Source: Antedon mediterranea (lineage: Eukaryota; Animalia; Echinodermata). Taken from it: a stretch of DNA of 64,000 bases. The notes below the pieces were generated by a model that saw only the letters and a list, made by a program, of their open reading frames with translations, ran no database searches and was not told where the DNA came from. Both the position numbers and the translations under genes were made by a program. The stretch is from NCBI RefSeq assembly GCF_964355755.1, contig NC_092673.1, positions 28,207,648-28,271,647 of the forward strand, in the 5' to 3' direction. Position 1 is the stretch's first letter; every line of letters starts with the position of its first letter. Shown here piece by piece: positions 14,212 to 27,700 of the stretch.

Positions 14212-17200
14212 TTATCTACGCCCTTTTCTAGATGACTTGCTTGCAGAACGACTTTTTTTAACTTTGAAACTAGCTTTGTGAGTAGGAGGGCGTGCTATTC
14301 CAATTGTGCGTTTATCTCGATGACTTCCAGGAACATTCTTTTTCTTGCGTCCCTTGAATCGTTTTAAATTCCCTTCACTTTCATGCTGTTTCTTTCTCTT
14401 CAACTGTGTTCGTTTTTGGAACAATCCTAGAAAATAAATGAATTTTAAATAAATATTGACTAAATATGGCATGGTTTTAATGCACAGAAAAGGGCATGTG
14501 ACCGAGTGTATTCATGACATTTTGTTATTTTTAAATTTTCATATGGCATTCCATTCAGTTTCAGTTACTGCACGGTAATGGTTCTATAACTTGTTGAGTT
14601 TTTGAAAACAGCAGATTAATTGAATAAAGTTTAATTTAAATAATAATAGTATGTAACGAACACATTAATTTCACAATTCATTGTATATATACAGTGAAAA
14701 GAAAATATTGACAGGGTTTCAGGGTCAAATTCAGTACTGCATCTGACGTGTTTTGTAATTTTTATGCAGAGAAGGTATCATAACAACTTTTATCCAGCTG
14801 TCATTCGGGCACTGAATACTCGTCAGTATACCGTACAAGAGTGATGTGACACTTTGTAATTATTTTTGTTAGTTTTTCATTTCTTTCATGTTTTTTTATA
14901 TCTCAGAGCAAACATAATTTCTTAATATTCTTATATTTTATATGCAACGGACAATAAATGGAAGTAATTTTCCACTGATGAATGAATGAATATCTAGTTG
15001 GACTTGTGAGATTGTGGGTTTGAATCAGAGGTGTACAAATGGGTACCTGTTAAGGTCAAGACACAACTTTGCTCATATAGGAGTATGTTTTCATACATGT
15101 TTAAGACAAACAAATTATTATTAGTTTGTGGCGGTTCTTCTCACCTTGCTCTGGCTCTTCTCCAACCTCTTGTCTGTAATACTCCGCATCATCTTCATCC
15201 TCGTCATCAACATTTACTGCTTTTGAAACTTCTTCAGCTGTCAAAGGTAAAATAAATGTACTATAAAGTCAAGCCAATTCTCAGTACTGTACAGTATCAG
15301 GCAAATTCTCTAATACAGTATCACATAAACGTCACATGTGAGCTGTATCATAGGCCATAAGCCAAACCTTAATAATACAGGCATCACATGTGATACATAT
15401 GTGCTACTGTATTAAAGAATGTACCCGTGATACTGGATATGCCATTTGTGGATATACAGTAGAGATAATTTAAACAAAGTTTCCGAGATTCGTCTTTGTA
15501 AACAAATTTCCCAGGTCAATCTTCGTAAACATAATTTCCTAGGTCAGTCTTAGCTTATACTTACATTCATCATTGTCCATGTTTTCCTCTTGTTGATTTT
15601 TCATCTGCATTCCCTCAAGTGACTTCTCTTTATGTTTTTCTTTTAACTCTTTCTTTTTCAGTACATTCATCTTCTGTTTGTTTCTTCTTCTTTCTTTAGC
15701 TGAACTACATTTAAACAAATTATTATTTAACTAGAATTATCATCAACTGTAAGTTTGTACAGCATGACTACATTGCATACATTAAACTTTATGTGACAAA
15801 AATGTGATTTGCCCATATATGGACCCGATGATATCATATCACTACCATGTCTGGGTATATCACTACCATATTTGGGCACATCACACTTGTTCGTCAAACT
15901 AGTTTGATAGTGTAGACAGAGCTTTACTTACGTCTTCTTTTCTCGTGCTAACTTTGCCGCAGCAATTTCATCTTCTGATTTCTTGACTGAAATTTAAAAA
16001 TGAAAGATAAAAGAAAACATTAGACCACTGTATAAAAGGCACACAATCATTTTAGTACAGCACAGCCATAGCGTAAACAGTCAACATGCTATATAAAAAC
16101 ACAGTTTGTCTTTTTGGTTTATTACATTATCACAAGCTGTTTATTATTTTGATCCATCCCATGGTTAGGGGTGTGTACCCAAGGCTGGTGAATAATGCAC
16201 ACTCAATCAAAAACACACCTGTAGTGGGTACTAAATTAAGAGTTGAAAATTGACTCGAGATGAAAGAGCCTTTAACTCACCATATTGATGATAAATTATA
16301 TCCCCACTGCAAACCCCTTCCTCAATCTTAACAAGCTGGAACTGAATACGAGGACCAATCTAAAAACAAAACATTATTGGATTGAAGAATTATTTTATTT
16401 TAAATTAATTGTGCACATGCGTAGATATTGGCATGCGTTTCCTCGCCTCGACAGTTTTGATGGTTTCCAGGTTCAAGACACATCACTTGACCTGACCTTG
16501 GTCACAAATCAAAATTTGACAGACAACTTACCTCAACAAGTCTAATGGCACTCTTCTCAGCTGCCATGTTGCCACGGCTACCAATGGATTGTGGGAGATT
16601 GATTTCATTGTGGGGGCCATCTTGTTCAGGCTCACTTTCAGATAAAGCACCAGCACTGTAAATCAGATAAACATCAGAAATGCTTATTAACAATTATCTT
16701 ATTTATGCTGGCGAGGGAATATGAATTCTTTATTGTTTATAATTGACTTGAGTATAAATGAAACTAGCTTACTTGGTGAAGTATTCACTGACGTCAGTAT
16801 ACCTACTCAAGTTTGGTACTTTTGTTTTTAAAAGTTTCTTAACACTGCGACTCATACCGGCGGGAACCACTTTAATAGAACTGTTGATAAAAAAAATATA
16901 AAATATATTAGCAGATTATCCAAAATCGTATAAAAATCCAAAGACTGAAAAAATGAAAATGCTGTGGGTATCAGTGGTTGGATCTCAATGGAGATACAAA
17001 ATAAAATAAGCACTGAAACAATGACAATGCTGTGGGTATCAGTGCCTGGATCCCAATGGAGATACAAATAAAATAAGCACTGAAAAAATGACAATGTTGT
17101 GGGTATCAGTGTTTAAATCTCAATGGAGATACAAATAAAATAAGCAATGAAAAATGACAATGCTGTGGGTATCAGTGTTTAAATCTCAATGGAGATACAA

Positions 17201-19705
17201 AATAAAATAAGCATTGAAACAATGACAATGCTGTGGGTATCAGTGGCTAAATCTCAATGGAGATACAAATAAAATAAGCACTGAGAAAATGACAATGCTG
17301 TGGGTATCAGTGGCTAAATCTCAATGGAGATACAAATAAAATAAGCACTAGAAAATGACAATGCTGTGGGTATCAGTGCCTGGATCCCAATGGAGATACA
17401 AATAAAATAAGCACTGAAACAATGACAATGCTGTGGGTATCAGTGGCTAAATCTCAATGGAGATACAAATAAAATAAGCACTGACAAAATGACAATGCTG
17501 TGGGTATCAGTGGCTGGATCTCAATGGAGATACAAATAAAATAAGCACTGAAAAAATGACAATGCTGTGGGTATCAGTGGCTAAATCTCAATGGAGATAC
17601 AAATAAAATAAGCACTGAAAAAATGACAATGCTGTGGGTATCAGTGGCTAAATCTCAATGGAGATACAAATAAAATAAGCACTAGAAAATGACAATGCTG
17701 TGGGTGTCAGTGGCTGGATCTCAATGGAGATACAAATTGTCTGACATATTTACTTATGTATTTATTATGTGTTAATTAGTTTTAAATAATATTTGTTCTA
17801 TTTATTTATTAAACATAATAAATAAATTAAATAAATAAATTATAAAGTATAAAACAGTACTTACTAATGACGCAAGTCAATCATATTTGTTTCTGGGTCA
17901 TAGTTCAAAAGCACACATCTACGAATTCTGTTCAGTTTCACCTGTTTTAAAAACAAATATTCTATCAATCTCATTCTAAAAATTGTAAATTTATACAAAA
18001 TATAATTGCACAAGATGAATATCATTTTATATTAATATTTCCAAGAATGTTATACATACCGTGTGTACATTAATTGAAGGGAACATGTTCTGAAACATGG
18101 TTGCCATGAGCTTCATGTGCATGGCGTCCTTATTGAAGTTGTTGAGAACAAGTAGTGGGGGATTTTGAAACTGTGAGGCGTACATGTTAGGCCGCTTTAG
18201 TTGCGAGACGACATCACGAATTAGGCAGTACTGTGAAAACATAAACAGAATAGAGTGTACTGTTGTTTGTTTTTTTATGAATTAATATTAAAGTAAAGTA
18301 ATACTGTATATGATGAGAACAATCCAGTGACTTCAGAATAATCCAGTGACTTCAGTATAATCCAACCCCAGCCTTTATTTCAAACTATACAGTAATAAAC
18401 CCAAAACTGACAAATACCTGTTGTACTCTGAATGTAATAGTTGGACCTTTTGGAAGACGAATGACTCTCTGTAAAAAGACAAATTAGTTTAATTCTTTTA
18501 ATGGATTTAATATTTAATTTGTAAATGGTAAAATCATTTTTATTGACCTTTTAGAAGAGGCAGATTGTTAAGGGTATAAAATTAGTCTTTTGCAGTGATG
18601 TAGAAACAAGAAATAAAGTGGTGATGTGGTTGCAAGAACAGGAAACAATCTCTGTCCAAGCGACTGGGTTGTCAAAAGCCTGTGAACAAGTAAACCTTAC
18701 TAACCATACTGGTGGCTACAGTTTGTGATGTTAACTCTTTAAGGTCTAAAGGATGTTTTTAGGGAGGGGGTATACGTTATTTCACTTACAAATACTGTCA
18801 TAGAATACATACCATGTTTACTGAAGTTTGTGTTTTTGAAAACGTAAGCAGGTGGGAAACGCCCAGTGGTCCAGCAACACTGATAAAATCTTTTAGAACA
18901 TTTTTCTTCCGTGCCTAAAATAAATCATATATTTTCTTCCTCATTCAATTACACTTACAGTTGTTACAATGTTATTTTTCATTTAAATTTATTTCAAAGT
19001 TGCAATAAAAATTAAAAGTACTTAATCTTATATCTTTTTAATATCAAATAAACTTAAATAATTATAAAAAGCTGGCCACTGTAAAATTGATTGTTGTATA
19101 TGAAGTGTCCCACACAACGAAATGTAGTCCATAAAATCATGTCAGATAATCAAAAAGTAAAATCATATTAAGCACTGTGCTACACACTAACCCTCAACCC
19201 AGTAGATGTAAACGGTTCCATGATTCGACGAGTGTCCAGTACAAGTTGTTGTACATTTTTACCAACTGTACCACGTTGAAAAACAAATGTGTGAGGACCT
19301 CTTACAAAGTTTGTTTGATTTGTTGCTTTCATTAATCGGGATTTCTTCTTATTTCGTCCCTGGATTAGAAGAGGTTAGAAACAATCAAAGGGAAATCTAA
19401 TCCAAAAATACTCAATATATAGCATTATAGGCCTACCTAATAAATTAAATCTAAACCCTCTCCCAACTTGGCTAGACTTGAAATGTTAAATGGGCGAAAC
19501 GACTCTGATTTATTACCTACTAGGCCTAGGCCTCTGGGTAGGTATGCCCGCTTGCTTGGCTTGGAGACAACAAGAGAACAATCAATATATATAGTTCTCT
19601 AGCTAGCCTAGACTAGCCTGCCACCAGCGTAGCTCTAGATTCTTATTTAGATTAAAAATTTCCGTTCACTAACACTTTAATAAAGTTTACCTGCTTTTTC
19701 CCCAT
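14212..19705 (-). CDS. PPAN: Peter Pan/SSF1 Brix-domain ribosome biogenesis protein (~13 exons)
   Basis: MGKKQ|GRNKK...PHTFVFQRG, MEPFT, VLKDFISVAGPLGVSH, RLPKGPT, PPLLVLNNF, MFQNMFPSINV, KSAIRLVE|IGPR, basic C-terminus. Confidence 0.95.
16945..17737. repeat. ~67-bp minisatellite, ~12 copies, in a PPAN intron
   Basis: Unit gcactgaaaaaatgacaatgctgtgggtatcagtggctaaatctcaatggagatacaaataaaataa; same family at 42575-42735. Confidence 0.95.
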
Positions 19706-20977
19706 ACTTATTTACCCTACAAACTAGAATATCACAAGTAAATATTATAAATAGTAACAACAAGGCTGCGCAGCACGTGTCGCGTGTTTTAAGTTTTCAC
19801 TTTTTGGGTGCAAAGGTTATGTTATTGATGACGTAACACCTGCTTATCCTACTCGCAGAAAATATGGAAGAACATTAGGGCCTAAAATTTATTTGCGGCA
19901 AAAACAAATTTTAAAAAAAGTGGCCGTAATAGTATACAAAGAAAATAGACAATACCTTTATTTTTTAATTTCTTTAGTGTGAAAATAATAATATGCAATC
20001 ATATATAGGGAGTACAACCACTAAAGTTGCTGATATATACTTTGTTGACAGAAAGCACTATCGGCGTTTCATAGACAAACTTAATCATGTCTTTCCAGCT
20101 CGTCACCTGGAGCCGACTGCTGAGAGCTGCTGCTGCCTGGCCTTTTGTACTTGTTGTGTAGACGAAATTAATTTTATGGCATAGTTACACTGCCTGGCCT
20201 TTTGTTCTTGTTGTGTAGACGAAATTAATGTTATGGCATATTAAACCACCAGATCCTCAAGAAGAATTGAACCAGTGGTGGTAAACACCCTGGTAAATTT
20301 CATACAGTAAAATAGTAGTAACTTAAAGTACATGCTAGATATACTGATTACTGTATAATGACTGGTATCCTGAGGATTATCATACGGCACTACTAAAGTC
20401 CTATCCGGTCAGAGGATCTTAAATCTCTGTTTTTATCCTTAGTAGTTAATAACCATAGATGTATAACTCCTCCATGTAATAATTCTTTGCCCAAAATTTT
20501 AAAATTCAACTCATAATTTCTAATAGAATGCATTGTATGTAAGAAGTAACATTTATTTATAGCTATGAATTGTAATTCACTACCATGATTTTTTGTGTCA
20601 ACACATTAACGTTTTTTTATATCTTTAAATTAATATGTATGCTTTTATTTCTCTGTATATATGGTATAACTTTTCTTTACTTTTATTTCTTGTAACTGGG
20701 CCAAAAAGCAGTACTAAGTTACTGAAAATGCAATCCAGTCAAAAGAAAGAATAAATTAATTAATTCAAATTGTAATGTCAACAAATTGTAATGTGCACCT
20801 CAGTTGTAAATGTGACAATAAAGTTGCAAATTAGCCTTCGTGATACACATGCAAACATTTTTTTTAAAATTAATATTTACAAAAAGAAAAATCAACTTTT
20901 TTTACGCAATTATTTCTTCAGCAGTATTACTCCATGTACACTGACCAACTAATGATATTTTTCCAACAGATTAAACC

Positions 20978-23900
20978 ATGGCAACAGAGAATAACATAAG
21001 TGAGATCGAACCATTACTAAACTCGGGAAGAGAGAAGAAAGTTCCTGCGAAGGATATTGTGCAAGTTGTTAGTCCTTATGCGGTCTACGTTGTAATTATA
21101 TTGATGGTTGGAAATATACTGAATCAGCTATGCAGGTTAGTCACAATCTAACAGCTGAGCTCCGGAGATAAAAGGGTTGATCTGTGGCTGTGACACGATC
21201 AGTGCCACGACCAATAACAGACACTGCGCGCTGCAAAGAATATGTACATAGTATGTACTGTTGTTAGATTGCCTTGGTTACACTCAACTGTACAAGTCTA
21301 ATTCAATTTTGGTTCTTTTATTTATTATATTAAATCATTTTTATTTTTTGTTTTTTTCAGGTTTGTGTTGATTTCAACCAATCAGAGCATGGCACAAGAT
21401 CTTGAGTTTGGGGACAAAGAGTGCAATGTCTCAAATATTTCAGCTTTAGAACATTTTCTAAAAGAAAATAAAATAAATGAAAGTAGTGTTCAATTCTGCT
21501 CCTGGAATGATGGAGCAAGATGCGACGACAAAAATCTAACAGAGTTTTGTAAATGGTGGTATTCTGGTACAGGAATTACATATGAACTCCTAGTCGGACC
21601 GCTGTTTATGGTAGTTTTAAGCTTTACCGGCATTCCAGTTAGCTTGGTATCTGAAGCAAAGAGTTTCAATCGTAAGACTATTCTGTCAATTTGTGTGTTT
21701 GGTTGGAGCATCGCTACGCTAGTCACAGGATGGGCTACTCAGTATTGGCAAGTGGCTATTGTCCGAATGATGCTGGCACTGTTGTAAGTACAGTATAGGC
21801 GGAGCACTCATCTGTGTACTATATTTTCATTCCACGCTATTGTATATTATTGTTCAACGTTAAGTTAATACTCAGCGCACAAGTTTTCGTTAATTAACAT
21901 TCAATTCGATTAAAAACACGTTTCTGTTGAGCACAAAGATATTTTAAAAATTACAGATTTTTAGAGGATTTTTTTAAATCTAATAATTCTAATACGATTT
22001 CTAATAAAAGTATTGTAGTATAATTTTATAGTATAATGTTGTTCAATTATCTTATTTGTTTTTGCATGCATTTTGCATTATTAAATCTATTAGTTGACTT
22101 TTTTAGTTTTGAATGAAAATGAAACAAGCATTTTCTTTTGCTGAATAAATATTTTAAAAATTAATTTCTCTTTCAGTGAGGCTCCATATTTGACTTTTTC
22201 TTCTTCTCTTGCCTCATGTTATTTTTCAAAGGTAAGAAAAAATCTTTATTCTCTTAGATCGGTAGTCAATTTAGTACTACAATGTTTTACATGGTGGGCA
22301 CTAACAATAGGAAGCCTTCGATTTGTCCCAACACAGGTTTGATGATTTCTAGGTCCAGGCGACAACACACATCGTTTGACCTGATCTAGGTTGGTTATCG
22401 CAAATCAAAAATCTAATAAAACTGAAGATTTCAAAATGGAAACATTTTTAATTCTTGTCGTTATGCCTGTATTTTCTAGAAACATCGCAGTATCGTAATA
22501 GCAACGTTGCAGATTGGTGTTTTCGTCGGGTTTGGTTCAGCCTTCTTGTTATCGGTGTTGGATGAAGCGTTAGGTTGGAGATGGACTTACTGGCTTAGTG
22601 GCATACCAGGACTGGTGATAAGTGTCATAATATTCATTACAGTTAAGGAGTTAAAGCCACATGACAAACCAGTAGGTAATGGGGAGGGGGTGGTTGTTGG
22701 GGCCATGCCTGGGGCCGGTTGTTGGGGCCATGCCTGGGGCCGGTTGTTGGGGCCATGCCTGGGGCCGGTTGTTGGGGCCATGCCTGGGGCCGGTTGTTGG
22801 GGCCATGCCTGGGGCCTGGGGCTGTATACTCAATCAACACAAGACTAATCTTAAACTGTCAAACAAACTTAACTTTGGTTTAACTTAACTCTAAATTTGC
22901 CACCGTTTGGAGTTTTTTTCTTTCATTTAATTATAGCTTCTGCGGTGTTACTGGACAGTGGTGGATCCAGGATTTTGAAATAGGGGGAGGCAGGGCCTAA
23001 AATTCATAAAATGACAATTTCTGTTTTTGTTTAACAGATCTGATCATTACTGTATTAAAATATATAAAAGTTTAGATTTGAATAACTTCAATCGGAGACA
23101 TTTCATGTGAATATACTGTACTGTATGCAACCATTAAAATCACATTACTTTTTAACTTCATATTACAGATCACCAACAAAAAAGTAAACATCATGGAGAC
23201 GCTACGAGTGTTCAAGTCGCCAGAGCATATCATGCTCGTTTTAGCAATGAGTGTAAGAAACGGTAGCGGATTCGTATTTGCATATAACATAAACAACTAC
23301 TTTCACCATTATTACCCGAATTACCCAACCGAGATATTCATGACTTGGTCTCCAGTGGTCACTGGATGTATAGGAACAGCTATAGGCGGGTTATTAGCAG
23401 ACTACCTGTCCAGACGTTGGGGATCTGCTGGCCGCTTACTGGTCGTTATTTTAAGTACGGTAAGTTAATTCATTGTTCACCAGAGTAATTTTGTCGCTAT
23501 TTTAAGTATTTTTGTCTTTTTCTGTATTACTAACCTTCAACTAATTTTTAGAAATTGTATTTCAACATGAATCTCCTTTTGGACAAATAAAATGAACTTA
23601 CAACAATCAGAAATTGTTTGATTTTTTTACCATAGTATTTTATGAATGCTGAATAAAACAATATTACACATACCTAATCAGAGAGACACCACAAACTGCG
23701 TGTCCAAAATTGTTCTTTAATTAATTCTCAATGAATATATTTTTTTAATCTTCAGTTTGTAGCAAGTCCTTTGTTTGTTGGTGCATTACTTACTCCTCCA
23801 CCTGGTGCTTTCTATTGGTTGCTAGCCTTTGCAACGCTGTCTGAGCTTTGGTTGGGAGTGGGGCTATCAGTAATAATTGACATTTCACCCAAACACACCA

Positions 23901-24142
23901 TTACCTCATGTCTAGCTGTCTATTACTTCAGTTACACCATGATTGGTGGCAACTTGAATGTGCTGGTGACACCAATGACAGATGCGTATGGTTGGCGCGT
24001 TACCATGATGATACTCATTGTTGGTTGCTTAGTGACAGCTGGTGTCCTGTTTAGCATCGTTGCTTGTTTGTTGATACGAAAGTCATCAAGAACTGTATCA
24101 GAAAACAATATATTAAATAAATCAATTTTTTTAAATACATAA
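20978..24142 (+). CDS. Major facilitator superfamily transporter, spinster-like; exons ~20978-21135, 21361-21784, 22177-22231, 22480-22671, 23169-23459, 23756-24142
   Basis: Multiple hydrophobic helices, FNRKTIL, TQYWQVAIVRM, LGWRWTYWLSGIPG, GGLLADYLSRR; Cys-rich lumenal loop after TM1; exon phases consistent. Confidence 0.88.
22692..22820. repeat. 25-bp G-rich minisatellite, ~5 copies
   Basis: (ggttgttggggccatgcctggggcc)n just after the MFS exon-4 donor. Confidence 0.95.
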
Positions 24143-24709
24143 ATCTTCAAATACTTGCCAAATCTGTAATGTAAATCTCTGTCTACACTATCAAACTAGT
24201 TTGAAAAAAGGTGATGTGCCCAAATATGGTAGTGATATGACATCATCATGTCCATATATGGGCACATCACATTTTGTTGCCACATAAAGTATAGTGTAAA
24301 CATATCCATAAAGTTTATTTAAATTAAACAATTTATAATTATGTTTATGTTACAATTATAACTTATACATTGATGAGCAATTTGTTTTATGGCAATATTA
24401 TACTTAACAGCCACAATGTAGGCTGATTTAAAGGATATTTACTTGAGGTTTTTTGTTACTAAAGTATGTATATATAGCATAAAAACTATCTAATTGTTAC
24501 TTAGTAACTGTATATGCAAAAGTGCACCCTATATAATTTAATTATAATAATTATATTTATAAAATATTCAGAATAAATGCAATAAATATTTGTGCACACT
24601 CATTCGTTTTTTTGTGATCTTATTATTATTATTTCTCTTGAATCAATTCAAAATTGAAATAGAACACCAAATGCCATTCAACATAGTTCAATTTGATATT
24701 AAACTTTAT

Positions 24710-27700
24710 TCACCATAATTTAGGATCTTTTTGCATTCTCTTCTCCGTGGAAATCACTTCTCCAACTCGGCCTAATAAACTTGCTATAAGGTCAAAGGTG
24801 AACTGTGCTGATTTTAAAACCTGTCGAAAGAATATTGTACAAAGCATGAATTATGATGCGCAAAACTTGAATTGATGTATTTTTCTTTATCCGAGTTAAA
24901 TTACAGTTTATATATTACGGTTAGTTCTGGTCTTGCGTTTAAATGCAACACATTAATTAATGGACAAAAAAAAATATTTAAAAGACAAAAAAATGTAGAC
25001 TTTAGCAAAATAAATCATCCTGCCCAAAACAGAAAAATATGGAAATAAATCGTTGAAATGACAGAAAATGCATATGCATATAACAGGCGGTTTGTTTGTG
25101 GGGCGCAGGGATGGTGTGTGGGTGCGTGTTCAAAACCTGCAAACTGCTTGTGTAATTTTGCATCTAATGATTTATTTGTTTTTTTTTTACCTCTTTTTGC
25201 TGTGCAACTGGCATGGCAGGAAGATCCTGACCTCCAACAGAAACATTCAGTCTATCATCTGGATTGAAAAAAAAATAGTCATAATAAAGACTAAAATTCA
25301 GTCTTAAATTCAATTCAATGGTAGTTCCCAAATTTGGTAACGTTCTCAGATTTCTAAATAACAGAAGATCCGCTGAATATATATATAAAAAAGCAAGTGA
25401 AACTCAAACTAAAAGACAGCACATATTGAGAGAACTTAAAGTTTTCAAGAATCTGTTTTGGGGGAGATTTGTTCTACTACACAAAATTGATTCCGACCAG
25501 ACTTTCAGAAATATTAAATATTTATACCTCTTCAGTCAAAGGCTGGTCTCCCAGAGGGTCCAGTCATGATCAGTGGCTGTGAGTGACAGTGGCTGTGTGT
25601 ACTAGTACACCGGGGTAACCCACTACTACTACTACATTAGATGTACTAGGTTCTTTAAAATGCACACAAGCTAGATGTGTACACTGGACCTACGGTTTAT
25701 AGTCCTTATCCGAGAAGACTAGTTCTACCACCATAACCAAGGAGCGAGTGAGCCTCAAACCCTTGCCGATGTTATGGCTACGTAATTACGGTTCCACTGT
25801 CTTAACCATCGGCCACTCACTGGCTCACATTTGAAGGGCATTGGAAGTCAATTATTTTAGTATATTACATAGCCTATGTAAATACGCGAACGTGATTGGT
25901 TGAAACTGCATCACATGACTACCGCTGCGAGGATCGTAAATCGTATATATCCTTGAGAACGATGATATTGACTGTGTAATTTTTGCGTAATTATCGTGTC
26001 CCCTGTCATTAAACATATAGATTCTCGAGTTCAATGATATTGACTGTGTAATTTTCGTGTGCCAACACTCGCGTTGCCGATAAATAAACAAAAGTCATCA
26101 ACTCGATCTTGAACTCGGGTGGAATTGTCACTCCATCGCAAGACAACGCTTCAACCGCTGCGCCACTGAACTTGCTTGAAGAAATTAATCTTCTAAACTA
26201 TTTAAGCTATGCATACATAGCGCCCTCATTTGTTATTAGTCCACCCTAAATGTGATGAAACACCGTTTGTGATTGGTCAATACTCACGGTGTAGTAACCT
26301 AGTAACTAGTACGCGCTGAACATCCGGTGATTCGGCTCCTCGAAGAGAAGTTAAGAAGACAAATTTTTATTCGGCCTACCTGATTATAATATTATTATTA
26401 ATAGGCTTATTGATGGAAATTCTTCTGTTAATTTAAACGACCTAGGCCTAAGTGAATATTTTATTGCCAAGGAATCATTAATTAGTAATTATCTGTATAT
26501 TATTCTTCGCAAGGTAAGGTGTCTAGGCAGGCTTGTTTAAATACAATACAAATAGAGGCCCAACCCAGCAGACTTGTTCTTGGCTATATAATATAACAGA
26601 TATTGCCTTTTATATCGGTTAAATATAAGATTTGACATCCCCTCGGGAATGATATTAAGTTCTCGGGGAATATATATTTCCTCGAACTTAATATCATTCC
26701 CTCGGGGATGTCAAATCTTATATTTAACCTCTAAGCAGTCAATATCTGTATAATAGCACGCTTATGTTGTTTGTAATATAGGCATCCTATAATTGCTGAC
26801 TTTTCGATGTTGGATGTAGTTGAAATAAAAAACAATAAATTAAAAATGTATTGCTATGCCATATATGTAATAGAACAATAAATTAAAAAAAAAATATTTA
26901 TTAATTATTTCTTGGGGTAAAATGTGAAATTCCAGAGCTTTGTTTACCTTTCTTTGCTCCCTTTGTTTGTATCTCTTCTAACTTCAGTTCATAATGTGCT
27001 ATTGATAGATCTAAACCTTTGTGAAGCGGTTGTAAATAATGTTCATCTAGGTCATTAAGGTGTGTCCACACACCAGTTGCATTCACTTCTAGTTTATCTC
27101 GTAATGTCAGGTAACGTAGGAAATTTAATGCTGCTATTATTCTTCAGATGTAAAGAAATTAAATCAATAGTTAATTTTTATTGACATATTTTACTTTCTT
27201 GGTGTTTATGCTTTTTTAAGACATAAATATATAGTTGCCGTATTTGCTGTGAGACATTTAAGATCTATTCACTTAGGAGAATTTTTAGATTTCTTCGCCT
27301 AAGTGTGAATGGTGAATGCGGCCATGACTACTGATACTATTTTTTTTTTATTTTCTCAAAAAATATATTGTTAGAATTTTACATTAGACTTACTTATCGG
27401 ATTGTTCTAAAATGTCTGATTCTGCCCCATCTGGAAGGTCAAATACATACTGACAGAGGTCAACAAGATGTTGACCTATGAACCAGGAATTACTTGAAGT
27501 ATCCTGTAAATAAAGCATCCATTGAAAAAGACCTTTAAATTCACAAATAAATAATTGAATTTCATACGCATCCAACAGAGAGTAACTCACCAATTACAGG
27601 ATGGATAAACTATTTTATAATTTATCATGCTTATAAACTAAGTCTCATTTGAGGCTTAGGGAGTGGAGTTGAAAGAGTTGTGAGTTACACACCCTAGCAC

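Noticed and set aside
16945-17737. 67-bp periodic array as CRISPR or coding repeat
   Set aside because: The whole unit repeats with only point variants; it is intronic; the ORFs over it are repeat artefacts
14430-19690. SNORD105, which human PPAN hosts
   Set aside because: No C/D-flanked guide matching the 18S GTTTACTTTGA region was found by eye
22507-22888. Several overlapping Gly/Pro-rich ORFs
   Set aside because: Produced by the 25-bp GC-rich minisatellite in an intron
26901-26948. ORF-track stop taken as the GLMN C-terminus
   Set aside because: A donor at ~26949 and two further in-frame exons (25191-25258, 24710-24820) supply the conserved C-terminus
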